Shown here piece after piece: positions 19,864 to 30,069 of a stretch of DNA of 64,000 bases. The translations under genes and the position numbers were made by a program. How positions within the stretch are numbered: position 1 is the stretch's first letter; the number at the start of each line of letters is the position of its first letter. The notes beneath the pieces are model-generated. The model ran no database searches, had not been told where the DNA came from, and was given only the letters and a program-made list of their open reading frames with translations. This DNA is from Promethearchaeota archaeon (GTDB lineage Archaea > Asgardarchaeota > Lokiarchaeia > Sigyniarchaeales > SOKP01), in assembly GCA_019057795.1 (NCBI GenBank), contig JAHLWS010000070.1, positions 1-64,000 of the forward strand, written 5' to 3'.

Positions 19864-20739
19864 ATGAAGGAAAATAACTCGTTACCTTTAATAATGATGC
19901 ATGATGTTGAATATGTTTATTCAAATGGGACGGTAGCATTAAAAAAAGTCTCTCTCAATATCAATAAAGGCGAGTTTGTAGCAATAATGGGACAAAACGG
20001 AGCGGGAAAAACGACATTAATTCGAACTATTAATGGCTTAATCCGTCCTACTAAGGGAGAAATTTTTTTAGAGGGTGAAAATATCGACTCTAAAACTATT
20101 GCTACTTTATCTAAAAAAGTAGGAATTATTTTTCAAAATCCTTCACATCAACTATTTTCTAATACAGTTGAAGATGAAATTAAATTTTCGTTGAAAAATC
20201 TTAATTTGGACAAAGAAGAAATTCAGATAAAAGTTGATAAAGTATTAAAAGAATTTAATCTAGAAAAGTATCGAAAGAGATCGCCATTAAACCTATCTGG
20301 TGGAGAATCAAAAAAAATAGCTATTGCTTCAATTATATGCCGCGACCCCGAAATTTTAGTTTTTGACGAGCCAACATTGGGTCAGGATGCAAAAGAAATT
20401 AGATTTTTTGTTAAATTAATACATAATGAATTGAAAAAGGGGAAAACAATAATTATAGTAACTCATAGTGTAGAATTTACTATAGAGCACTCCCAAAGGA
20501 CTGTTTTAATGAGCGGAGGAAGAATTATTGCTGATGGCCCAACAAAAAATATTCTTACTAATGAATTTTTAGTAGAAAACTCATCGCTAATTATGCCACA
20601 AGTTTATCAACTTAGAATAGAACTTCAAAAAATTGGAATTGATGTCCCTAAAGAAGTTGTAAAGGAGCAAGAAATGATAAATTTTCTAAACAATTATTTG
20701 GAAAATAAAACAACAACTATTCCCGAGGGTCGTCTATAA
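19864..20739 (+). CDS. ecfA2: ECF transporter ATPase A'
   Basis: GQNGAGKT, FQNP, LSGGE, FDEPT. Confidence 0.9.
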   Translation: MKENNSLPLIMMHDVEYVYSNGTVALKKVSLNINKGEFVAIMGQNGAGKTTLIRTINGLIRPTKGEIFLEGENIDSKTIATLSKKVGIIFQNPSHQLFSNTVEDEIKFSLKNLNLDKEEIQIKVDKVLKEFNLEKYRKRSPLNLSGGESKKIAIASIICRDPEILVFDEPTLGQDAKEIRFFVKLIHNELKKGKTIIIVTHSVEFTIEHSQRTVLMSGGRIIADGPTKNILTNEFLVENSSLIMPQVYQLRIELQKIGIDVPKEVVKEQEMINFLNNYLENKTTTIPEGRL

Positions 20740-21516
20740 ATGTCTTTAGAATTTCTCAGTGCATTCAAATTTTTGAAAAAAGATACTTTTTTACATAATC
20801 TAGATCCAAGAGCTAAATTATTGTTAGCAATAACATACACTATTAACGCCTTGTTGTTCCAAGAAATTGTCCCTTTAATATTAATTTTAATAACTTTACT
20901 ACCCATAATACTTCTAGGACGCTTATTTAAACAATGGTTAACAAGTATCAAGGGAATGTCCTTTCTCTATATTTTTATAATTATTTTGAACACCCTATTT
21001 ATCAAAGACAGGGGGTTATCATTTGCAATTGCCATGATTTTAAGAATCTCCATAATGATTTCAGCATTTTCATTGTTTTTCTTGACTGTCGACCCAAATG
21101 ATTTAACTCTTTCTTTGATTTCTATGAAGATTTCCTATGAATATGCATTTGCCTTTTCATTAGCTTTTAGATTCGTGCCAACGATTGCAATAGAGGCTCA
21201 AAATATTATGGACGCTCAACAAAGTCGAGGTTATGAAATGCAAAAAAAAGGCATTATTAATCAAATAAAAAACCTATTTCCTCTCTTAGTCCCTCTAATA
21301 ATAAGCTCTATAAAAAGAGCTTTTAGCGTCGCAGAGGCTCTAGAATCAAGGGGTTTTGGAAGTATAAAGGAGCGTACTTTTTATTTTACTATTAAATATT
21401 CAATCAAAGATTGGATATTTACGATATATTTGATTTTGTTGTCGATTACTCTAATTTTTATCAAGATCCACTTTATTTCAATGCCATTATGGTTTAGATG
21501 GGGTTTACCTGTATGA
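20740..21516 (+). CDS. ecfT: ECF transporter transmembrane T component
   Basis: LDPRAK, LAFRFVP, AQQSRG, ALESRGF. Confidence 0.92.
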   Translation: MSLEFLSAFKFLKKDTFLHNLDPRAKLLLAITYTINALLFQEIVPLILILITLLPIILLGRLFKQWLTSIKGMSFLYIFIIILNTLFIKDRGLSFAIAMILRISIMISAFSLFFLTVDPNDLTLSLISMKISYEYAFAFSLAFRFVPTIAIEAQNIMDAQQSRGYEMQKKGIINQIKNLFPLLVPLIISSIKRAFSVAEALESRGFGSIKERTFYFTIKYSIKDWIFTIYLILLSITLIFIKIHFISMPLWFRWGLPV

Positions 21517-22169
21517 TCATAAATTCTTTTAAAGGTTTAACCGAAAATCTTAAGTATTGCGTAGGAATTAATCAAATTGAGGTTGATCCAGAAGAATTAT
21601 CTCTAGAAAATTTATTAAAATTAATTGAAGTTATACAAAAAAATCACATAGACACTGTATTACAATTTTTCAACGAAAAGTATGTTCTAAATAAAGAACA
21701 CATATTTCACGCTTGTTATTTCGTTCAAAGCGCTTTTTTTAATAAAACTAATATTTCAAATAAAAAAAATATTGAATTTTTTTTATATTTGGCTGCTAAA
21801 AGGCAAATTAAGTTAGGTCTCGAAGATTTTGGGATAGATAATTATAATATTAATAATCGTAGAATTAGTTTTTGTATAATCTCCTCGAAAAATAACATTA
21901 AGCAAATTAATTTGGAAGTAAATAAGTATTTAGGTTCTAAAGATATGAGTTTAAATTTAGAAGAGACATCTATAGAAAAATATAAAATCGTTAAAAATTA
22001 TTTTAATTTTTCTAATAAGCAAATTTTAACTGTGTTAAAGTCTTATGGAATTAAATTAAATTACATAGAACCGAACGAGAAAAATATCGTGAATCTGTTT
22101 AGAGCTTTAAACGATTTAGTATGTGAAGAAATGGCTTTGTTAAGTTTAGAGAAAACAAGATCTAATTAG
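21513..22169 (+). CDS. cgi121: KEOPS subunit Cgi121
   Basis: QFFN..YV..EHI, EFFLYLAAKRQIK.GLEDFG, EEMALL. Confidence 0.85.
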   Translation: MIINSFKGLTENLKYCVGINQIEVDPEELSLENLLKLIEVIQKNHIDTVLQFFNEKYVLNKEHIFHACYFVQSAFFNKTNISNKKNIEFFLYLAAKRQIKLGLEDFGIDNYNINNRRISFCIISSKNNIKQINLEVNKYLGSKDMSLNLEETSIEKYKIVKNYFNFSNKQILTVLKSYGIKLNYIEPNEKNIVNLFRALNDLVCEEMALLSLEKTRSN

Positions 22170-22696
22170 AGCCTATTGAACTTATTACTAATTCTAATTA
22201 TATCGTCTGGGTTTAAAAAAGAAATTCCAGTAACATTTCCCAGAATTTCTATCCTTATAATTTTATCTGGATTATCCAAATTAACTTTATTATTAACAAT
22301 TTTAGCAATCGATTCAATAACAGTGTCCCTTTCTACTAACTCATTTTTCCTACGTATTAACTCAATCTTAAACGACTGATTTTCATTAATATAGATACGA
22401 TAATATTTATCTATGAATTCTTTGATAGTTTTTATATTAGTTTCACAAACATATTCAATTGGAGTAATTTTTAAAATGAACTGAAAAAAATTAAAATCAT
22501 TTTCTATTATCTTTTTAATTTTATATATAACTTCTTTACGATCAATAATAGTTACTGCTGTTATCAATCCAGGATACTTTATCCCCGAAATAATGGGGTA
22601 TTTATCGCCACACATTAACAGAGTAAACCAGATTTCTGCCTTTGCGTTTGTCTCGTTATATCTTGAGGTTGAGATCAATAAATTAAAGTTGTTCAA
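22166..22696 (-). CDS. THUMP domain protein
   Basis: SFKIELIRR, KVNLDNPDKIIRIEILG. Confidence 0.85.
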   Translation of the reverse strand: MNNFNLLISTSRYNETNAKAEIWFTLLMCGDKYPIISGIKYPGLITAVTIIDRKEVIYKIKKIIENDFNFFQFILKITPIEYVCETNIKTIKEFIDKYYRIYINENQSFKIELIRRKNELVERDTVIESIAKIVNNKVNLDNPDKIIRIEILGNVTGISFLNPDDIIRISNKFNRL

Positions 22697-22712
22697 ATTA
22701 TACTCCCCACAC

Positions 22713-23381
22713 TTAATCTTCCTTTATTTCTAAAATGCTTTCGATATCTTCTTCTTTTATCAACCCAATTCGCAATAATTTTAACTTTTCTGAGCTACAA
22801 TCAACGATTGTTGTAGGAACTTTCGATTGTGATTTTCCTCCATCAATTATTAAGTCTATAGGTGTTAAAAATTTTTTCGCAACTTCGCTTCCACTAATAG
22901 ATGCAGTCTCTCCAGAATAGTTTGCTGAAGTTCCAATTATCCCACCAAAACACCCTTTTAATTTCAGCTTTTTTAAAATATGTAAAACGATCTCGTTTTC
23001 AGGAACACGGATACCAATAGTATTTTGAAAAGCAGTAACTTCTGGAGGAATGATATTTGGTTCTTTTTTTTTTAAAATTAAGGTTAATTGGCCAGGCCAA
23101 AAATGATCTGCTAGTTTTCTACCTAAAATGTTAAACTCAGCAATTTTAGAAGCTTCCTCAACATCAGCTACTAACAATAATAATCCTTTAGATCGTTCTC
23201 GAAATTTTATTTCGTAAATTTTTTCTATCACATCGAGATTTAGTGGATCTCCTCCAAGCCCATAGACAGAATTGGTAGGAAAAGCGATAACTTTTCCTTC
23301 TATTATGTTTTCCACTACAATATCTAGAAAATATTCAATTTCTTCTATTTTTTTTCCCGCTAATTTAATTAAAAAACCCAT
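22713..23381 (-). CDS. sua5: Threonylcarbamoyl-AMP synthase (Sua5/TsaC, YrdC domain only)
   Basis: AFPTNSVYGL, FWPGQLT, GIRVP, TSANYSG, PTTIVD; ATG at 23381. Confidence 0.92.
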   Translation of the reverse strand: MGFLIKLAGKKIEEIEYFLDIVVENIIEGKVIAFPTNSVYGLGGDPLNLDVIEKIYEIKFRERSKGLLLLVADVEEASKIAEFNILGRKLADHFWPGQLTLILKKKEPNIIPPEVTAFQNTIGIRVPENEIVLHILKKLKLKGCFGGIIGTSANYSGETASISGSEVAKKFLTPIDLIIDGGKSQSKVPTTIVDCSSEKLKLLRIGLIKEEDIESILEIKED

Positions 23382-23440
23382 AATATTCGGATAAAAATAT
23401 AAATTGATAATAGAAAATGAAGATAGTAATAATTTAAAGA

Positions 23441-24382
23441 TTATTTTTGGTAATTTTCTTGACAACTTAACTCAGCAGCAATTCGTTCCCAATTGCGATC
23501 GAGGCGTTCTTGTAGTTCAATTAAATCCTTTTCTGAAAGTTTTGAGAATCTTTTTTGATTCGAAAGATAGTCGATCAAAGGCGTCCTCTTAGAAGGGTCT
23601 AATAGTGGTTGGCTCTTTTTTGAAAGTTTCATTATACCATTTTCAATCTCATATAATATCCAAGAACCCGTTTTAACGGCCAAACGCGATAGTTCAATTG
23701 TATTTTCGGATTGATACCCCCATCCTGGTGGACATGGTGCTAGAATGTGAATATATCTACATCCCTTAATAGATTTTGCTTTCTTAAATTTGTCGTAAAG
23801 ATCAAGCGGTTCACTAACACTGCACGTGGCAACATATGGAATCTCGTGAGCTGCCATTATAGCAGGAAGATTTTTTTTGTACCTTTCTTTTCCCAATGTT
23901 GTCGTCGTTGTAACAGCCCCGTGAGGCGTGCTTGATGATCTCTGGATACCCGTATTCATGTAAGCCTCGTTATCGTAACAGCAATAAATAAAATCAGAAT
24001 TCCTTTCAGCAGCTCCACTTAGACCTTGAATACCGATGTCTGTCGTACCTCCATCTCCAGCAAAAACTAGTGTTGTCATTTCCCCCCATACTTTACCTGG
24101 AAATCGATAATCCTTTGCTTTGAAGGCTGCAGACATCCCAGTTGCTGCCGCTGCTGCCGCTGCAAATGCCATGTTTGTAAAGGGAAAGGTTGGTGCAGCT
24201 TTAGGCCATAATCCTACAACTACATTTAAACAACTAGCTGGCGTTACTAACGCTGTATTAGGCCCTAATGCTTTCATTGCCCATCTTAGGGCAATTTCGA
24301 GACCACACCCAGCACAACAAGAATTGCCTGGAAGAAAAAATTCTTCTTGACAAGATTCTAATACTTCTTTTAATTTTACCAT
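23441..24382 (-). CDS. porB: Pyruvate/2-oxoacid:ferredoxin oxidoreductase beta subunit
   Basis: CAGCG, GDGG..DIG, YDNEAYMNTGIQRS, PCPPGW. Confidence 0.93.
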   Translation of the reverse strand: MVKLKEVLESCQEEFFLPGNSCCAGCGLEIALRWAMKALGPNTALVTPASCLNVVVGLWPKAAPTFPFTNMAFAAAAAAATGMSAAFKAKDYRFPGKVWGEMTTLVFAGDGGTTDIGIQGLSGAAERNSDFIYCCYDNEAYMNTGIQRSSSTPHGAVTTTTTLGKERYKKNLPAIMAAHEIPYVATCSVSEPLDLYDKFKKAKSIKGCRYIHILAPCPPGWGYQSENTIELSRLAVKTGSWILYEIENGIMKLSKKSQPLLDPSKRTPLIDYLSNQKRFSKLSEKDLIELQERLDRNWERIAAELSCQENYQK

Positions 24383-24385
24383 TAC

Positions 24386-25642
24386 CTATTTCACCTCTAA
24401 TAGTCCGTCCCAATAAGTGCCATAAAGCATATCTTTTGGGAACTCTCCGGTTTCGTTTAGTTTTATTAACATTTTTAATTGATTTTTTTGTTGTTCTAAA
24501 GTAACTTCTCTTCCGCCTAAACCGTTTATCATTGGCAATATTCTAGCGGTCCCCTTAACATCGTGTAAAGCCGTTTTTACCTCGGAGCTCACGGGTCCTC
24601 CCGTTGGACTTCCAAACGCCGTTGCTCTATCAACTACTCCAAGAAGTGGGACTTTTTTAGCAATTTCAATAATATCTTCAACTGGAAAAGGTCTTAAATA
24701 CCTTAATTTAACCATACCAACTTTATATCCTTCTTCTCTCAAATCATCAACTGCTTGTTCCATTTGTAGAGCTAGGTCTCCATAAATTACCATTCCTATA
24801 TCTGCCCCATCCATTTTATATTCTTGAATTAAACCATTTCCGTAATTCCTACCAAAGACTTTTTCAAAATCTTTTGCTACACTCTTGATTTTCTCTTTAG
24901 CTCTAACCATGGCATCGTGGATCTTCATTCTGAATTCGTAATAGAATCCCGAAGGCATGATAAGATTTCCAAACATTAGAGGCCTTTCCGGATCAATCCA
25001 CATATGAGGCCATCCCTTTTCATCTGGCAAAGGTGGTAAAAATGAATCAACAAGATCTTGATCTTCAATTATTACAGGTTTAGACGTGTGGGATAATATA
25101 AATCCTCCATAAGCGACGAACTTAGGCAATAAAACATCGTAATCTTCACATATGTTATAGGACATTAATACTTCGTCGTAAATTTCTTGGTGAGTCGCAC
25201 AAAACGCAGTCATCCATCCAGTGTCCCTGCAACTAATAACATCTGTAAAATCGGCCCATATATTCCATGGCGGTGCAGCTCCCCTTGATGCGATGGTGGT
25301 GACTATTGGTAATCTGGACCCACTCGCCCAATGAAGCATTTCAAACATGTAAAAAAGGCCTTGACCTGCCGTTGCTGTAAAAGTTCGAGTTCCAGCCATA
25401 CTCGCGGTAATCATTGATGCCATTACAGAATGCTCAGACTCCACTTTTATATACTGAGTCCCTGGCATTAATCCATTATCGACAAACTCAGATAATTTTT
25501 CTACTACTGTTGTTTGAGGCGTAATTGGATAAGCGCTTATTACTTGAACTCTAGCAGATTTAGCGGCGTAAGCAGCAGAGATGTTTCCTTTTATTACTAT
25601 TGTTTCTTTTTCTTGAACAAAATCATTTGTGGCTTCAACCAT
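24386..25642 (-). CDS. porA: Pyruvate/2-oxoacid:ferredoxin oxidoreductase alpha subunit
   Basis: AYPITPQT, ESEHS, FTAT.GQG, RPFP, GLGGR. Confidence 0.93.
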   Translation of the reverse strand: MVEATNDFVQEKETIVIKGNISAAYAAKSARVQVISAYPITPQTTVVEKLSEFVDNGLMPGTQYIKVESEHSVMASMITASMAGTRTFTATAGQGLFYMFEMLHWASGSRLPIVTTIASRGAAPPWNIWADFTDVISCRDTGWMTAFCATHQEIYDEVLMSYNICEDYDVLLPKFVAYGGFILSHTSKPVIIEDQDLVDSFLPPLPDEKGWPHMWIDPERPLMFGNLIMPSGFYYEFRMKIHDAMVRAKEKIKSVAKDFEKVFGRNYGNGLIQEYKMDGADIGMVIYGDLALQMEQAVDDLREEGYKVGMVKLRYLRPFPVEDIIEIAKKVPLLGVVDRATAFGSPTGGPVSSEVKTALHDVKGTARILPMINGLGGREVTLEQQKNQLKMLIKLNETGEFPKDMLYGTYWDGLLEVK

Positions 25643-25985
25643 CTATTATATCACTCTCTCTAACCATTTCAATATTTTTCGTAGGACATTCTTTTGCGCA
25701 TATTCCACATCCTTTACAATACAATAAATCAATTTCAAAATGCCCATCTTCTTTCTTTTCAATAACACCTTCGGGGCAGTACATCCAACAAAATCCGCAT
25801 TTATTACAATTTTCTTGATCTATTACAGGTCTAAATGTTCTCCAATCTCCAGTCTCTCCCATGTTTCCTTCTATTGGTAGGGAAATAGGAATTGGAGATA
25901 GTTCTTTCCAATTTTTATATTCTTGAACTTTAGGACGTTCTTCTTTGGATTTATTAATCTTCTTCCATTTTTCAGATTCGGACAT
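25635..25985 (-). CDS. porD: 2-oxoacid:ferredoxin oxidoreductase delta subunit
   Basis: TGDWRTFRP, two CxxCxxCxxxCP motifs. Confidence 0.93.
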   Translation of the reverse strand: MSESEKWKKINKSKEERPKVQEYKNWKELSPIPISLPIEGNMGETGDWRTFRPVIDQENCNKCGFCWMYCPEGVIEKKEDGHFEIDLLYCKGCGICAKECPTKNIEMVRESDIIDG

Positions 25986-25987
25986 GT

Positions 25988-26563
25988 TTATACCTCCCTT
26001 ACAGACTCGTAAGCATCGTTTGCCACAGTCATGTTTTTTTCTAACCTATTTTCTCCAAATTCTTTTTTTAGAACTTTTTCCATAATCTTAAGATCGTAAT
26101 ACCCTGTAATTTTACCAAAAGCCCCTAACATAGGAATATTTAGAATTGGTCCACTAGAATGCATGAATCCTCTATTAATGCAAATTCCAGTTGCATCTAC
26201 TAAATAGATCTTTAGGTTTTTTGGAAATAAACTTAAATCGATCGGTTTAGCGCTATTGATTAAAAGTGTAACTCCTTCTTTAATCGTTTCTTTCACTCTT
26301 GGAATCTCTAACAAAGAAGTATCAAAAACCATGATGTAATCCGGATTGACTACACTATCGTAAGTTTTTATAGGTTTATTCCTTGAAATTTTAGTGAATG
26401 CTTGAATTGGAGCTCCTCTTCGTTCAGCACCGATAATTGGGATCGCAATAGCATCTTTAAAGCCTTTTTCAAAAGCTAATTGTGCTAATAATTGACTGGC
26501 AGTAATAGCAGTCTGGCCACCCCGACCATGGTAGGATATTTCTATAATTTTATTATCTATCAA
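25988..26563 (-). CDS. porC: 2-oxoacid:ferredoxin oxidoreductase gamma subunit
   Basis: HGRGGQ, GAERRGAP, N..MLGA. Confidence 0.93.
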   Translation of the reverse strand: MIDNKIIEISYHGRGGQTAITASQLLAQLAFEKGFKDAIAIPIIGAERRGAPIQAFTKISRNKPIKTYDSVVNPDYIMVFDTSLLEIPRVKETIKEGVTLLINSAKPIDLSLFPKNLKIYLVDATGICINRGFMHSSGPILNIPMLGAFGKITGYYDLKIMEKVLKKEFGENRLEKNMTVANDAYESVREV

Positions 26564-26774
26564 AATTTTTTTTCACTTATTCGTTATACAAAATAAACAT
26601 TAAATATATACTATTACGGTTATCTTGCGATTTTCACATATAATTATAGTTATACTATTAAAGATAAAATTATTTCCAATACATTAAAAATTTCTGGAAA
26701 AGATTTATAAGTAAGCTGTTTAATAAACAATAGGCTATTTTAGTAAATAATAAACAAGAAAAAAATTAACACCT

Positions 26775-27344
26775 ATGTCAGAGAAGGCTAAAAAAACCAA
26801 AATTAATTTTTCCTTTAAATGCCCAATTTGTAGCGAAGGAAAAATTGAAATCAGTAAGGTGATATATGATGTACCAGACGGAGATAAAATATTAATTATT
26901 AAATTTGAATGTAACATATGTAATTATTCCAATAATGATATAATCCCCTTAACAACTAATTTTACTCCAGGTATTATGAAATTAAAGGTTACGAATGAAG
27001 ACGACCTAAAATCTAAAATATATCGTTCCCCAGTAGGGTCATTAGAAATTCCAGAATTGGAATTAGTTGTTAACCCAGGTCCTAGAGCTGATTTTTATTT
27101 AACAAATGTTGAGGGTATTTTGTTTCGATTTGAAAACGCAGTTTCAATATATCGTAAAAACCTCGAAGAAGATGACGCTCAAATAGAAGAAATTGATAAA
27201 ATTTTACAAGACTTGGGAAAGGCAATAAACGGAGAATTTAAGTTCACTTTAATTATAACTGATACTGGAGGGGGAAGTTATATTATTCCTAACGATAAAT
27301 CAAAATATTCATTCGAAAAATTTGAGCCTAAAGAATTAAATTAA
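26775..27344 (+). CDS. ZPR1-related zinc finger protein
   Basis: CPIC...CNICNY, IPELEL...PG, TNVEG, D..G.SYI. Confidence 0.88.
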   Translation: MSEKAKKTKINFSFKCPICSEGKIEISKVIYDVPDGDKILIIKFECNICNYSNNDIIPLTTNFTPGIMKLKVTNEDDLKSKIYRSPVGSLEIPELELVVNPGPRADFYLTNVEGILFRFENAVSIYRKNLEEDDAQIEEIDKILQDLGKAINGEFKFTLIITDTGGGSYIIPNDKSKYSFEKFEPKELN

Positions 27345-27421
27345 AAATAATAAAGGAAATCATCATTATTTTTTAATAAGTATTAATGAAAAAAATAAAA
27401 TTATTAAAAATGTGAAATCAA

Positions 27422-28631
27422 ATGGTAATTAAAAAAGTTGGAATTTTAACGGGCGGCGGAGCCATGTTCAAGACTTTTCTTGACTGCCGTACACTGCCCC
27501 GGGTTAAATAGTGTAATTTATGGGATAATGTTAAAAGCCTACGATGCCGGTATAGAATGTGTTGGGATTCTTAAAGGTTGGAAAGGATTTGTGGAGAACT
27601 TAACTATCCCTCTAAATATCGCCGAACATGATGATTTACACACAGTTGGAGGTACAATATTATATACCAGTAGAACCAATCCTTTTAAAGGAGTTGATTC
27701 GAAAGAAGAAAAAGCAAAAGAATTAGCAAAGAAATTTGATGAATTAGGTATTGATGCACTTATCGCTATCGGTGGAGATTTAAAACGGTTTACATTTTAA
27801 ACCTAAAACGATACTTTAAGTGTTGCGGATGCTATGTGCAAATACTCAAAAGCGAATGTAATTGGCTGTCCAAAAACGATAGACAATGACTTGTTTGGGA
27901 CCCATTACACGTTCGGATTTTGGAGTTCGACGCAATTAGCTTCTAATGCAATGGACAATCTCACCACAACAGCTCGTTCGCATCAGCGGGTTTTTATAGT
28001 TGAAATAATGGGGAGAGATGCAGGATTTCTTACAATGTATAGTGGAATTTCTGCTGGTGCCGATATAATATTAATTCCTGAAACACCGTTTAGTTTAGAA
28101 AAGGATGTTATTGACGTGCTTAAAAAAAGAGTCAATGCAGGGTACAAATATCACATAATTGCCACCTCAGAAGGAGCTTATCCAAATTCAGAGTCGTTGA
28201 ACAAGGATTTTAAAACGATATCAAAAGAAACGATAGATAAATTACCTAAGGATACATACGGAAACCCGTTGCTTGTAAAATTGAATATATCCAAAATAAT
28301 TGTTGAAGAACTCAACTTAAGAGAAGATTTGAAAAAGGAATTTCAGAATAATGGTGTGGATTTTGAGTGTAGAAGCGTAGTCCTGGGCCACACAATGCGA
28401 GCAGGAACTCCTAATTGTTTTGATCGTATATTAGGATTAAGGTTTGGTTTAGCTGCAATGAAATTGGTTTTAAACAAAGACTTTGGTTATATGGTTTCGC
28501 TCCAAGGAACTAAAATAGAGAAGGTTCCCTTAGCTGAAGGTGTTAAAAAGAAGTATATAACATTTGATAATGATAAAATGGAATTACGAGACCTATTAGT
28601 GAAAATTAGATATTTATCGAAACAAAATTAA
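27422..28631 (+). CDS. pfkA: PfkA-family 6-phosphofructokinase (PPi-type signature), spliced: join(27422..27461,27493..27777,27808..28631), 382 aa
   Basis: Spliced product reads MVIKKVGILTGGG-D-CPGLN ... GGTILYTSR ... IGG-D-DTL ... PKTIDND ... EIMGRDAG ... LGHTMRAG. The two inserts fold as BHB or relaxed BHB. Confidence 0.88.
27462..27492 (+). other. BHB pre-mRNA intron 1 in pfk (31 nt)
   Basis: Central helix GCGG/CCGT, bulges AG|C and AC|A, inner stem CA/TG plus TCAAGA/TCTTGA. Removal restores GGA GAC TGC CCC GGG. Confidence 0.85.
27778..27807 (+). other. Relaxed BHB pre-mRNA intron 2 in pfk (30 nt, contains in-frame stops)
   Basis: Outer stem ATCG/CGAT, inner stem TTTAAAA/TTTTAAA, central GTGG/CCTA (2 of 4 paired), bulges AG|A and AA|A. 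Removal restores GGA GAC GAT ACT. Confidence 0.75.
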
Positions 28632-28678
28632 TTTCAGTGTTTTTTTTTATTTGTTGTATTTAAAAAAAGAAATTTAAA

Positions 28679-29917
28679 TTAACCGTAGTGTTTTTCTTCC
28701 TCGTGTTCAGCGTCAATTGCGTCTTGCTCTACATCGCGACCAAGCCATTTTTCGCTTAAAATTTCCTTGTAATACTCGTGTTGGATAATTAAATTCATTA
28801 TTTCTGTTGTGCCGGTCCAAATCTCTCCTAAACGGGCGTCCCTCATTAATCTTTCTATAGGATAGACGGTTGTGTATCCAATTCCACCCATGATTTGCAT
28901 CGATTTATTGATTACTTTCCAACACATTTTTGTTGAAAACTTTTTGGATTCAGAAACTAATCTTCTTTGGAGAGCGGGTGGCGCACCTGCATCTATTGTT
29001 TTCGCAGTGTTAAAGACAATTGCTCTTACTGCGTCTAAATATGTAATACAATCAGCGATCATGAAGTTAACAGCTTGAAAATTCTTAATTACTTGTCCAA
29101 ACGCTTTTCGTTTAGTGCTATATTTGGTAGCAATGTGTAGACAAGCACGTGCTAATCCAATAAAGCCAGAAGCTGTAGACAACCTCTCTGGAACCATCAT
29201 TTGATAGAATATTTTACCTCCCTTTCCCTCTCCCAGAATTAAATTTTCTTTTGGGATTTCTGCATCTTTAAAAATTATTCTACCCGCTCCGCCGCCTCTA
29301 GTACCTAACAAACCATATATATATGCTGCCTCTACTGCATCACTTTTATCAACAATAAATAAGCTTAAAGAATCACGAGGGGGGGCTTTAGGATTCGTTT
29401 TAGCGTAAACCAAAAAGAAATCAGCACCTTCAGCGCCAACAACGAATCGTTTTTCTCCATTTAATATATAGTAATCTCCTTCTTTTACAGCAGTAGATGT
29501 GGCTCCAAAAAAATCCGAACCTCCTCTTGGTTCAGTTAACGCTTCAGCAGTGAATTTCTTACCCTCACACATAGGCTTTAAATAATTTAACTTTTGGTCT
29601 TCTGTGCCAAATTTATTAAGCGCTTCCCCACATATACTCGGTAATGAAAATAAACAAGCTAGAGAACTTCCTAGTACGCCAACTTCTTCTTGGGCAATAA
29701 TTTCGCTTTCCCAATTTAATCCACGACCCCCATATTTCTTTGGAAACCTTATTCCAATCAAATTTTGTTTAGCTAATGCCTCCATCCACTCACTTGGATA
29801 TTGAATCTCGTCTTTATCCATTTGTTTTAATAATGAAGGTGGTACAGCATTTTTAACGAACTCTCGAACTTCTTCTCTAAATTTTTTATTTTCTTCGTTT
29901 AATAAATAATCATACAT
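28679..29917 (-). CDS. Acyl-CoA dehydrogenase
   Basis: [45 protein letters not shown]. Confidence 0.95.
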   Translation of the reverse strand: MYDYLLNEENKKFREEVREFVKNAVPPSLLKQMDKDEIQYPSEWMEALAKQNLIGIRFPKKYGGRGLNWESEIIAQEEVGVLGSSLACLFSLPSICGEALNKFGTEDQKLNYLKPMCEGKKFTAEALTEPRGGSDFFGATSTAVKEGDYYILNGEKRFVVGAEGADFFLVYAKTNPKAPPRDSLSLFIVDKSDAVEAAYIYGLLGTRGGGAGRIIFKDAEIPKENLILGEGKGGKIFYQMMVPERLSTASGFIGLARACLHIATKYSTKRKAFGQVIKNFQAVNFMIADCITYLDAVRAIVFNTAKTIDAGAPPALQRRLVSESKKFSTKMCWKVINKSMQIMGGIGYTTVYPIERLMRDARLGEIWTGTTEIMNLIIQHEYYKEILSEKWLGRDVEQDAIDAEHEEEKHYG

Positions 29918-30069
29918 TTTCGATTCTCCTTAGATGATTTATACTACAATTAAGTAATGATGGGTCTAATAAAAATAATAGATAAATTTAGCTTTATTAG
30001 TTTAGAATTATTTAAATTGATCATTAGATATTGGATATATTTTTGAATTCATAAATTAGTGATCTAATT

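Noticed and set aside
24070-24120. porB insertion DYRFPGKVWGEM as an in-frame intron
   Set aside because: A hairpin ATTTCC/GGAAAT exists, but there is no central helix and bulge geometry.
27422-28631. pfk as a pseudogene or sequencing error
   Set aside because: The lesions are 30-31 nt structured inserts at codon-restoring BHB registers, and the exons keep all motifs. This is not typical of random decay or homopolymer errors.
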